64,000 nucleotides of DNA, taken from Heptranchias perlo (Eukaryota). A program made the position numbers and the translations under genes. The DNA is taken from positions 19,034,001 to 19,098,000 of the forward strand of contig NC_090357.1 in assembly GCF_035084215.1 (NCBI RefSeq). Direction: 5' to 3'. How positions within the stretch are numbered: position 1 is the first letter of the stretch; every line of letters starts with the position of its first letter. The notes under the pieces are model-generated. The model did no database searches and was not told the origin of the DNA. It was given only the letters and a program-made list of their open reading frames with translations. This document shows positions 43,501 through 55,500 of this stretch, in pieces.

Positions 43501-46500
43501 GTCGGCCCAAAGCATCTAATCAGTCAGCGTATGGACAAGAGCAACCTGCCACTACCTCTGCTGAAGCCACAGGGGTAGCACCACGTAAGGGCTCCCGTAA
43601 ACGCAAGGCAAAGGTTTTGTGAGCACAAAGGGAATGCACAAGGGTGTTTGACGATTTGTCATGGTTTTTATTTATAGTTGTTTTCTGCCACATGCACAAT
43701 AAATCCTATTATTATCACCACTACTGCCACGTCTTGCCCATTCTTGACTGGCTTGTGGAATAGGTCCCTTTCATGGGGTTCACCATGAACACGCACACTT
43801 GATGCCACCCACTGGGTCACTGCAGAGTGGGTATAGGTGTATTTGCAGGGCTCTTTTGTGCAGAAGACTGAGAGACGTCGGCGATGTCCCCGGTGGCACC
43901 CTGGAAGGATGCGAAGGAGAAGTTGTTGAGGGCAGTTGTGACTTTGAGAGCGACAGGTAGGAAGCTGAGCCTCGGTCTGTAGACCCTGTGGCGAGGGTAG
44001 TGCCTTCTGCGACGCATCTCTCTCTGCCGTTGCTCTCCCTCCTGCTGTGCAGGTGGTTGTGTCACAGCACTGTGTTGTAGAGCTCCACGTGTCAAGTGGA
44101 CGGCGTGGCCGGCGAGGCTGGTGATGCTGTTCGTCCTCCGAGGAGGTCATGACTGCAGCTCTGGCGGCCCCCATCCGGAAGATGTACGTTTGAGGGGGTC
44201 CACAAGGTAGGTAAATGTGTCTGGACACCGGGGTAAGTGTGCAAGTTTGTGAACTTTATTGTTAGGAGGAGGGTGGTGGAGGCCAAACTTTGTCCAAAGT
44301 GACAGAGTGGCCTCCTGCAATGAGTGAGGGTCACCCCCCAACCTGTCAAATGGACCTTTGCATCTGCCGCAGGCTGATGGCTGCAACACATCCATTCAAA
44401 CTGGGAGTGTTTCCCCCAGTACGGGAAACAGTCTTAGTTCATTTCAAAATCCCACCCCTCGTAAAATATCAGGTCAATCAGGTCTGTAAATGACCTGAAG
44501 TACCTGTTTAAGTACTTCAACTGGCACCCTGCTGGCTTTAATTGCCGGCGGGAGTCCCACATGCGGGGGCTGCGCGCGCATGTCAGCGCGTCATTATGGA
44601 ACCCGGAAGTGGGCGGGTTGGAGCCGGGCTCCAGACCCGCCCCGGGAATCTCCGATTTTCGCAGCCCCCCCGCCACGAACGCACCCGCTCGGGGGTGCGA
44701 AAATCAAGCCCAAAGTGTCTGCAATGAGATAATGACAGGTTAAGCGAATGGCCCAAAATTTGGCAGATGGAATATAATGTGGGAAAATGTGAAGTCATCC
44801 ACTTTGGGAGGAAAAATAAAAAAGCAAAAAAATATTTGAATGGAGAAATACTATAAAATGCTGTGGAACAGAGGGATCTGGGTGTCCTCGTACATGAAAC
44901 ACAAAAAGTCAACATACAGGTGCAGCAGGTAATTCGGAAGGCAAATGGAATTTTGGCCTTTATTTCTAGGGAGATGGAGTATAAAAGCAGGGAAGTCACG
45001 CTACAACTGTATAGGGTGCTGGTGAGACACACCTACAGTTCTGGTGCCCTTATTTAAGGAAGGACATACTAGCATTGGAGACAGTTCAGAGAAGGTTCAC
45101 CACGTTGATTCCGGGTATGGAAGGGTTGTCTTATGAGGAAAGATTGAACAGGTTGGGTCTATACTCATTGGAGTTTAGAAGAACGAGATGAGATCTTATT
45201 GAAACATACAAGATTCTGAGGGGACTCGACAGGGTAAATGCTGAGAGGATGTTACCACTCATAGTGGAATCTAAAACTAGGGGCATAATCTCAGAATAAG
45301 GGGTCGCCCGTTTAAGATGGAAATGAGGAGGAATTTCTTCTCCCATAGGGTCGTGAATCTTTGGAATTCTTGACCCCAAAAAGCTGTGGAGGCTGAGTCA
45401 TTGAATACATTCAAGGCTGAGTTCGACAAATTTTTGATCAGCAAGGCAAAAGGCGGGAAAGTGGAGTTGAGGTAAAAATCAGATCAGCCATGATCTCATT
45501 GAATGGCGGAGCAGGCTCGAGGGGCCAAATGGCCTACTCCTGCTCCTATCTCTTATGGTCTTATGGACCAGTTAGCCTGACATCAGTTGTCAAGAAATGC
45601 TGGAATCCATTATTAAGGAAGTGGTAACAGGGCACTTAGAATATCATAATATGATTAGACACAGTCAACATGGTTTTATGAAAGGGAAATCGTGTTTAAC
45701 AAATTTATTATGCGTTTTATGAGGATGTAACTAACAAGGTAGATAAAGGGATGTAGTATATTTGGATTTTCAAAAGACATTCGATGAGATGCCACATAAA
45801 AGGTTGTTACGCAAGATAAGGGCTCATGGAGTTGGGGATAAAATATCACCGTGGATTGAGGATTGATTAACGGACAGATAACAGAGTAGGGATAAACAGG
45901 TCATTTTCAGGATGGCAGGCTGTAACTAGTGCAGTGCCACAAGGATTGGTGCTTGGGTCTCAGCTATTTACAATCTATATTAATGACTTAGATGAAGGGA
46001 CCGAGTGTAACGTATCCAAGTTTGCTGACGATACAAAGCTAGGTGGGAAAGTAAGCTGTGAGGAGGACACAATGAGTCGGCAAAGGGATATAAACAGGTT
46101 AATTCAGTGGGCAAGTAGGTGGCAGATGGGGTATATTGTGGGGAAATGTGAGGTTATACACTTTGGTAGGAAGAACAGAAAAACAGAATATTTTTTAAAT
46201 GGTGAGAAACTATTAATTTTTGTGTTCAGATCAATTTGGGTGTCCTCATGCAAGAAACACAAAAAGTTAGCATGCAGGTCCAGCAAGCAATTAGGAAGGC
46301 AAATGGCATGTTGGCCTTTATTGCAAGGGGGTTGGAGTACAAGAGCAAGGAAGTGTTGCTGCAATTGCAGGGCTTTGGTGAGACCTCACCTAGAGTACTG
46401 CGTACAGTTTTGGTCTCCTTATCTAAAGAAGGATATAGTTGCCTTGGAGGCGATGCAACAGAATGTAAATAGTTTTTGATGCACAGCAACAAAAATGTTC

Positions 46501-49500
46501 CGACAGCATCTGCATAATTTAAGTTTTAATTCCACTGCATGGATTTATTATTCTGACAGATAAAGCTGATTATATGAAGGATCATATGTTACAATACAGA
46601 ACAGGTCATTTGCCCAATCAAGTCTAGGCCAGTGTTTTTCTCCACATGAGCCACTTAATCCATTCCCACTCTTTTGTTCACTTCCCATATTCTTTTCAAA
46701 CAACTATCTCATTCCTTTTAAGAACTAGGGGGCATAATCTCAGGAAAAGGGGTCGGCTATTTAAGACTCTGCCTCAACAATGGTTTGTGGCAGAGAACTC
46801 CACATTCGAAACAACCTCTGTGCGAAGATGTACCATTACATATCGAAAAACAAAGATCTTACAGGACAGAATTTAGATTTAGGGTTGTTGTAACATCTGT
46901 GCCATCAGACACCCTTAGCTCTGTTTCATCCACAAAAACTCACAGCTCTATGCCATCAAATATTCCCAGCTCTGTGCCATCAAATATTCCCAGCTTTGTT
47001 ACACAAATCACATTTCTTCCCACAATACTTCACAACATCTACTCCGAACCTTCGTGAAATATAAAAACCACTGAACTCATATAATGCCACAGCAGTTAGA
47101 GGTGTAGCAATAAAACATTTCCAGCAAGAAAAATCTACCAATGAATAGTTAATACCACATGATTTCCATTGATGTTTCACTTTGAGCCGATAAGTGAATG
47201 TGTACAGTTAATGAATGCATCAACATTTTCTGTTAACCCCGACCAACACCCAGCTAACTTTCAGTAAACGTGAGTCACAAATCCTTTCATATTTTCAACT
47301 GTTTACAATATTTTTATATTCTGTTTAATGCACATTATGCTGATGATACGTTACGTAGCACAAGCTGAAAAGAATAGAAATTAACTCAAGAGCTTTCGAA
47401 CAGTTGAGATGATTTATTTTTATTAATACAATCACTGGTCTCTCATCAGAGCAGGTGCTTCCCATTCCCATACATACTTAACTGAGATAAGTTTAGATAT
47501 TACTATTCACAATATTAGTGAACAAACACTTTACACATTATTGTGACATTCCTTTGTCTATTATTTTCACACTGCCATTATGCCGCTTAAAATACAAAAG
47601 TTAATGCCTGCCAACAGACACTCCCAGCTCCGTGAAATCCACAAACACTCTCAGCTCTGTGCCATCAGACACTCCCAGCTCTGTGCCATCAGACACTCCC
47701 AGCTCTGTGCCATGAGACACTCCCAGCTCTGTGCCATGAGACACTCCCAGCTCTGTGCCATCAGACATTCCCAGCTCTGTGCCATCAGACACTCCCAGCT
47801 CTGTGCCATCAGACACTCCCAGCTCTGTGCCATCAGACACTCCAGCTCTGTGCCATCAGACACTCCAGCTCTGTGCCATCAGACACTCCCAGTTCTGTGC
47901 CATCAGACACTCCCAGCTCTGTGCCATGAGACACTCCCAGCTCTGTGCCATCAGACACTCCCAGCTCTGTGCCATCAGACACTCCCAGCTCTGTGCCATC
48001 AGACACTCCAGCTCTGTGCCATCAGACACTCCCAGCTCTGTGCCATCAGACACTCCCAGCTCTGGGACATCAGACACTCCAGCTCTGTGCCATCAGAAAC
48101 TGCCAGTTCTGTGCCATCAGAAACTGCCAGTTCTGTGCCATCAGACACTCCCAGCTCTGTGCCATCAGACACTCCCAACTCTGTGCCATCAGACACTCCC
48201 AGCTCTGTGCCATCAGACACTCCCAGCTCTGTGCCATCAGACACTCCCAGCTCTGGGACATCAGACACTCCCAGCTCTGGGACATCAGACACTCCCAGCT
48301 CTGGGACATCAGACACTCCCAGCTCTGGGACATCAGACACTCCAGCTCTGTGCCATCAGACACTCCCAGCTCTGTGCCATGAGACACTCCCAGCTCTGTG
48401 CCATGAGACACTCCCAGCTCTGTGCCATCAGACACTCCCAGCTCTGTGCCATGAGACACTCCCAGCTCTGTGCCATCAGACACGCCCAGCTCTGTGCCAT
48501 CAGACACTCCCAGCTCTGTGCCATCAGACGTTTTCTTTGAAGTGATGGATATTAAGATTGAAAAAGGTTGAAGAGATGATGAGAAATATCAAGAATTACT
48601 GGTTAGATGATATCACGTTTTGGTTATAAAAGCCTGTGAATTGTAGGAGAAAGGTAACAATGAGGGAGGTAAGGCATTCCACAGTTATGAGGTTTTGAGG
48701 TGACAAGTTTTGATTTCAATACACTGTTGGTGCAGAGAACAGGAAGTGCATGTAGGACAGTGTATCTGGAACTTCAGAGGAGCAAGAGAGGAAAGTTGAG
48801 AGCAGCACCAATGATAATACAAAGAACAATTGCAACAGAATGTAAACAGTTTTTGATGCACATCAACAAAATGTTCCAACAGCATCTGCGTAATTTAAGT
48901 TTTAATTCCACTGCATGGATTTATTATTCTGACAGACAGATAAAGCTGATTATACAAAGGATCATATGTTACAATACAGAACAGGTCATTTGCCCAATTA
49001 AGTCTAGGCCAGTGTTTTTCTCCACATGAGCCACTTAATCCATTCCCACACTTTTGTTCACTCTCCATATTCTTTAATATTCCTCTTTTCAAACAACTAT
49101 CTCATTCCTTTTTAGAACTAGGGGGCATTGTCTCAGGATAAGGGGTTGGCCATTTAAGACTCTGCCTCAACAACAGTTTGTGGCAGAGAACTCCACATTC
49201 GAAACAATCTCTGTGTGAAGATTTTTTTTTCCAATTTTCCCTTCAATTTCTTTGCGATTATCTTATATTTGTGCCCACTCGTTACTGTCTCACTGAACAG
49301 TTTCACTATTTACCTTATCATAGCCTTCTTTCAGGACACCTTTAACCTTCTCAGCTGTAGTCAAAAAAAGCCCTATCTTTTTAAATGTCTTCATAACAGT
49401 AACTCCTCATCCCCGATAACATCCTGATAATTCTTTGCTGTACCTTTTCCACTGTTCTTATAAGAACATAAGAACATAAGAAATAGAAGCAGGAATAGGC

Positions 49501-52500
49501 CATACGGCCCCTCGAGCCTGCTCTGCCATTCAATAAGATCATGGCTCATCTTCAACCTCTACTCCACTTTCCCAACCGATCCCCATATCCCTTGATACCC
49601 CTAGAGTCCAAAAATCTATCTATCTCAGCCTTGAACATATTCAACAACTCAGCATCCGCAGTCCTCTGGGGTAGAGAATTCCAAAGATTCACAACCCTCT
49701 GAGTGAAGAAATTCCTCCTCATCTCAGTCTTAAATGGCTGACCCCTTATCGTGAGACTATGCCCCCTAGTTCTAAACTCTCCAGCCAGGGGAAACAACTT
49801 CTCAGCATCTACCCTGTCAAGCCCCCTCAGAATCTTGTATGTTTCAATGAGATCACCTCTCATTCTTCTAAACACCAGAGAGTACAGGCCCATTCTACTC
49901 AATCTCTCCTCATAGGACAACCCTCTCATCCCAGGAATCAATTTAGTGAACCTTTGTTGCACCACCTCTAATACCCTTCCTATAATTGAGTGCCCAAATA
50001 TGCACATAATACTCCAACTTCAGCCTAACCCAGATAATGAAGCAGTCCGTGCCCGCATGCAGCACGACCTGGACAACATCCAGGCTTGGGCTGATAAGTG
50101 GCAAGTAACATTCGTGCCCCACAAGTGCCAGGCAATGACCATCTCCAACAAGAGAGCATCTAACCACCTCCCCTTGATATTCAACAGCATTACCATCGCC
50201 AAATCCCCACCATCGACATCCTGGGGGTCACTATTGACCACTTAACTGGACCAGCCACATAAATACTGTGGCTACAAGAGCAGGTCAGAGGCTGGGTATT
50301 CTATGGCGAATGACTCACCTCTTTTTCTAATCTATTCCTCCAGATCTAAAACCAAGGATTCTGTTTACAGTTCTTTGGCCTTATCTACTTGCAGTTTAAA
50401 TTACTGTATCTGCACACCAAGGTCGCTCTGCTCCTTTAATTTAAAATATTACCATAGAAAGACTCTATTTTCAATTCCAAATGTACTAACTCATATTTTT
50501 CTGCATTGCATCTGCCAACTATGCGCCAATCCTATTAGTCTACTTTTGTCTTCTGCAGTGTTTCACAATCCTCATCACAATTTCCCATATCTTCCAATTT
50601 CATGTCATCAGCCAATTTTGATATTGTTTCCTCAATTCCTAAGTCCAGGTCTTCTACGTAATTCGTAAATAATAGTGACTCTGTACAGATCACTATGGAA
50701 CACCATTCACCAAACCTTTCCATTCCAAGAAACTGCCTTTTACCACTACTCTTTGCTTTCTGCTCTCCAACCATCTTTCTATTCCTGTAGCCAATTATAT
50801 GTGCCATTGCCTTTACCATAAAGCTCTATATAGCAGCTTAACAAATGCTTTTTGAAAATCCACATAACCTGCACCCACTGCAATTTATTTTATCTATCCT
50901 CTCCGTTATTTGTCAAAGAATTCTATTAGCTGGGTCAAGCACAACCTGCCTTTAAAAAATCTGTGTTGACTGGCCCTGTAATCCAGTGTTATAGTTTCTA
51001 GTAGTTTATTAACAACTGAAATAAGAGTAACTGGCCTCTAATTTCCTGGTTTGTCTCCTTTTTCGAAGAGGGGTATCACATTTTTCACCTTCCAGTCAGC
51101 TGGCACAATTTTCTTTACCAATGAGTTTTAATAAATTATATTCAGAGCCTTTGCTATTTCTTCCCCAGGTGTAAACCACCAGGTCCCTGTGATTTGTTTC
51201 CCTTTAGTTTGAGTATGTTCTTCAGTACCATTTCTAGTTGAATACTGGAGAGTATTAGAGATAGAAATATTGGAGTACAGTTACTTTTAACTCCTGTATC
51301 CTAATCTATCCATGACTGTTAAACATTTGAAAGGATGCCATTCAGTAACTAATAGAAAATGTTGATCACATATTTGCTGCAAAAATAATATTATAATTTT
51401 GTCTTTATCAAAAACCCAATATATTAGTTAATTTTCTGGTATAGCATACCTAGTATGACATCCAGAACACAAGTGATAAAATTCAAAATGTTTAAAACGA
51501 TCTCATATAATGCCCTGGCTTGGTATGAACAGCCTCTATAACAGAAAACGAGATTGGGACATGAAAATAAGCCAACATACAAGAAAACTTACAAATACAT
51601 TATTGCAAAGGACTGTATAATCACACCAGCAAGTGAAAACCACATCATTTTACAGCTCGCTATTGATGTCAATGGCAAGATTAACACCTACAACCAATGA
51701 TTTATTTTAGGTTTTACCTTTCAACTGCTTCTTCCAGATCAGACAAAAGTGTATTGTCACCACAGCAATGAATCCACAGACAGCAATGAGTGGAGCTAGA
51801 ACAAAAGGCCACCAATGATCTGTGAAAGAGATAATAAACAATAATAAAATCACAATTAATGACAACAGTTACCATACCTCAACAATTGGTAATGCTTGGA
51901 GATATTTCTAAGAGATGTGAAAAGTTGCTATATTTTTTAATTTTTCTTTGACAACTGTAAAACTATTTTCTTCAGATTCCAAAGAAAGTTTTATGCCTGA
52001 TGTACACTGCAGTTAATAGATAAAATTCCAGCATTTTTATTTCCCATTTTCTTTACTCAACATTATAAAGCACTGGCGTTATGGTTAAAAACAAGTGGTG
52101 TCAAATCATGGACAAATGTGCTATAAGTTGTAAGTGGCTAAACACTGGCAATGTTTTGGGAACTGTATATGTTATTTACTACACAAGTTTATTTTAAAAT
52201 AGAACAAATATTACCATCCATTTACGTCTGAGACCAGGAGAGAAGATGATTGAAACAATTAATCTATGCTCCCATCTTGTAGAAGTGATTCTACTGCAAC
52301 AGACATTGTGATCTTTACACATGCATTATTACATTTCTATTTACCTTTCTGTTCAACTTTTATCCAAACACTTGCGTTTCCCCAGCCGTAGCTGTTGTTT
52401 GCCGTACACCAGTAGACTCCTCCGTCTTCAGACTGGAAATTTATTAACTTTACTTTTGAACTATTCAACCCAGCTGCACTTGGTAACACCTGAGTGTGGT

Positions 52501-55500
52501 TTCTCCCGTCCTTCACCCAGATCACAGAGGATGCTGGATTACTTTCCACAGTGCATCTCAGTTCCAGGGATGAATCAGGAGGGACAGTGATAGAGTTACT
52601 GGTCACAGGATGGTAACTGCCTGTATTGTTGAACCTGTACATTATTGTGGGATCTTGTGGCCCATCTATCAGTAAAGATAATGTATACTTAATTTTACAT
52701 AGAAACAATATGAAAATACACAAGTAGATACGGTCTAGCTAGTCAACAACAACAACAACTTGCATTTATATGGCGCCTTTAACATAGAAAAACATCCCAA
52801 AGCACTTCACAGGAGTGTAATCAGACAAAAATTGACTCTGAGCCAAAGAAGGAGATATTAGGGCAGGCGACTAAAAGCTTACTCAAAGAGGTATGTTTTT
52901 AGGAGCATCTTAAAGGAGGAGAGAGAGGTGGACAGGTGGAGATGTTTAGGGAATTCCAGAGCTTAGGGCCTAGATGGCTGAAAGCAATGAAGATGGGTGC
53001 TGTACCTAATGGAACAACCAGAGTGGGAAAGAGTACTGGGGGCAAGGGCATCAAAGTTGAAGGTGAGGGTGTGACTGAGCAGATCTATAACTGCAGAAGT
53101 ATTGTGGCAAAAGGACAGTCAAAGGCAAGACAGTTGGGAGTTTGAAATTGCCGTTGTAAATGTCTTGGGGGAAAGTTTTTTCAAGGAGTGGATGCAGAAG
53201 GAAATGGGGATGGAAGGGGGAAGGAGGATGTGAGTGGTGAGGGGTACAAGGAAGTGATCAGAGATGGCCTTGTCTGTAATTGAGATTGGGAATAGAGAAG
53301 CCACATGAGGTGGCAAGGTTGAGAGGGTGGCAGTAAATATGGGTAGATTGAGAGGGCAACAGTGAACTCAGGAGAGAGGGCAGGGTGAGTTGAGATGGAG
53401 GTTGAAATCACCGAGGATGAGAAGTCGCTCGGTGCAAAGGCTGAGGGAGGAAATCTCTGTGAGAAACTTAGGGTGGGGCTTTGGTGGGTGATAGAGATTG
53501 ATGATTTTAAAGGAGAGGCAAGAGGGGTGGTACAAGTTGAGGTGCTAAAGGAGGAGAAGGTACCAAAGGTGTATGGTGAGATATGGTGATAGGGGCCACA
53601 GTTTGAGCAAGGCGGTTGGTGGAAGGTATAGCCAGGCGGGGAGGCTTCAATAAAGTGTCATCACCTGTGAACCAAGTTTCCATCAAGGCCATAAGGTCCA
53701 TGCAATCATCCACAATAAGGTCATGGATGGCAAGGGCTGTGTTTGCAACTGAACAGACATTTTGGAGGGAGATGTGGAGAGGGGCAGTGATTATTGATCT
53801 GCTAGCACAGTCCACAAGGTCAGTGGTGGGAGGGGTGAGTAGGTCAGGAAGGAAGTTGGCAGAATTAGCCCCCAATGGGTGCGCTGGGTGGGAAGGTCGT
53901 CAAGAGAGGAGGGTGGGGCAGTTGGGATTGCTGCTGATATGGAGGCAGTGACAAGTGCTTTGATGGGCCCTCCACAGAATGGCAAGAGAGGCACAGAGGA
54001 AAGCTGTGGGCTTATCTAAGAAGGAGTCAAGCCTGGGAGAGCAGCAGATGAGTAGCAAGGTAGAGGAATAGTGAAGGGTTGGTGTAGAGATTTGGACGGA
54101 CAAAGTACCCAAGAAGAGGTATGACTAAGTAATCAGAGGGGGAGGAGACAGAAGAGAAGACCCCAAGAGGGGTAAAGAGATGAGAAAGAACATGAGAGAT
54201 AGAAGTAATGGGCTCGGGTCCGGAATGGCAGCCCAAATGGACACAGAGGAAATTCAGGTTTCAAAGGCATGGCAAAGATTAAGATAGATATGTTCTGATT
54301 GTAAACGGAGAATAGGAAAGAAACAATAAGATAGAGTCCAAAGTCAGAATCTTTAGCATTACAGAGAATAGTACTAAGTATTTAAAATGTTACAGAGAAT
54401 ACTCACACATAACATGTAGTATGATCTCGTTTATTACTGGCTGTCTGAAAGTCACATGATTGATCTGACATCTACAGACAGATCCATGATTTCTCACTTT
54501 AGGGACGATCTCAAGTTGGTTGGTGACAACAGATGTACCATCACCAGTTCTTTTTATGGACAGTGTAGTGACGTTTGTGGAGATGTTTGTTCCACGGCAT
54601 GCCCAGGTAAAGGAAATATTCTCAAAGGACAACCCCTTGGCAGAGCAGGTCAGCTTGGACTTACGTCCAGCAATCAAAGCACCATCTACAATAGAAACAT
54701 CAGGAGGTTCTGCGGGAGAGGACAAAATACAATATATGAAACTATAAAGAACATCTACTCTGTGAATGAGATTTATTAACATCATCTCATTGAATTTAAT
54801 GACAACCTTATTAGAGATTCTAATTGCCACTGTTCTGAAATGTATTGAGTATCATAATGTAAAATCATTTATAGCTGAACGAATAGTTAATTCTAAATTT
54901 AAGTATACTTTGCCATACTTCCATGCAGAACCCTTTAGTTTGGTAAAATAGAGACATATTGGTAGTTAAAGTAGCCTTTCTAGTAGATCAAAAGAATCGA
55001 GAAACAAAAAATACTGAGTGTACCAGTATCACTCTGGATCGCTGCTCAATCAGGATCTTCTATTGGGATTTCTCAATCATCTGATCAAAGTGACTCATGT
55101 ACAATACTCTTACATCTACATTACCTACAAGGTGGCATCAATGTCACACTAAGACAGTTTAATAGTGGATGAATGGTAGCAGAAGCTGGTCCTATATGAG
55201 TGTATGTTGATCAGTATATATTGGGATTTTTCTCTGTGACTAAAAATGAGAGAAGCCAAGTCCATATAAGGTACTTTACCATTGAGTGTGCTGAATACTG
55301 CAGATGGTGAATTTCTGTCACCTTTTGTTACAATGCTTCATGTTTACCCTGGGAACAGTTATTTTGTATTACATTCCCTCAGATGTGACATCCTGTAGTT
55401 CTGCTCCAGTGACATCAACAACGGGCACAGACGGTGGAATTTCTAAAGCCTTGAGCAAAAAACGGAGCCTGTTGCAGTGAGCAGCTTATCGAGAAACTGC

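Larger units (their letters stand above)
41577..44711. mobile_element. Non-autonomous PIF/Harbinger transposon, 3135 bp
   Basis: 3-bp TSD AAA (41574-41576, 44712-44714); imperfect TIRs GGGCCCGATATTAG / GGGCTTGATTTTCG; removal restores CR1 codons EDTKCLQ; convergent Myb/SANT gene and transposase remnant. Confidence 0.92.
40373..45565 (+). mobile_element. Inner CR1 family A copy nested in CR1
   Basis: 5'-truncated ORF2 repeating the same region ([33 protein letters not shown]) ending in (TCTTATGG)n tail at 45551-45566. Confidence 0.9.
39378..46455 (+). mobile_element. Outer CR1 family A copy (39378-40372 and 45566-46455)
   Basis: ORF2 GSYR|PVSLTS is split exactly at 40372/45567; continues to [13 protein letters not shown] and is cut at 46455 by a local duplication. 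Confidence 0.9.

Noticed and set aside
41821-43622. Host NAIF1/MSANTD gene
   Set aside because: Frameshifted and enclosed by TIRs and TSD inside a CR1; transposon cargo.
46880-47060. Repeated IKYSQL ITIM-like peptides on the plus strand
   Set aside because: Come from degenerate minisatellite units, antisense to the receptor gene, with an upstream stop and no convincing splice context.
47580-48545. Long ORFs (321, 261, 145 aa) as mucin-like or Cys-rich protein; CRISPR-like periodicity
   Set aside because: By-product of a stop-poor 24-bp unit; 23-bp units shift frames freely; no unique spacers or cas genes; eukaryotic intron.
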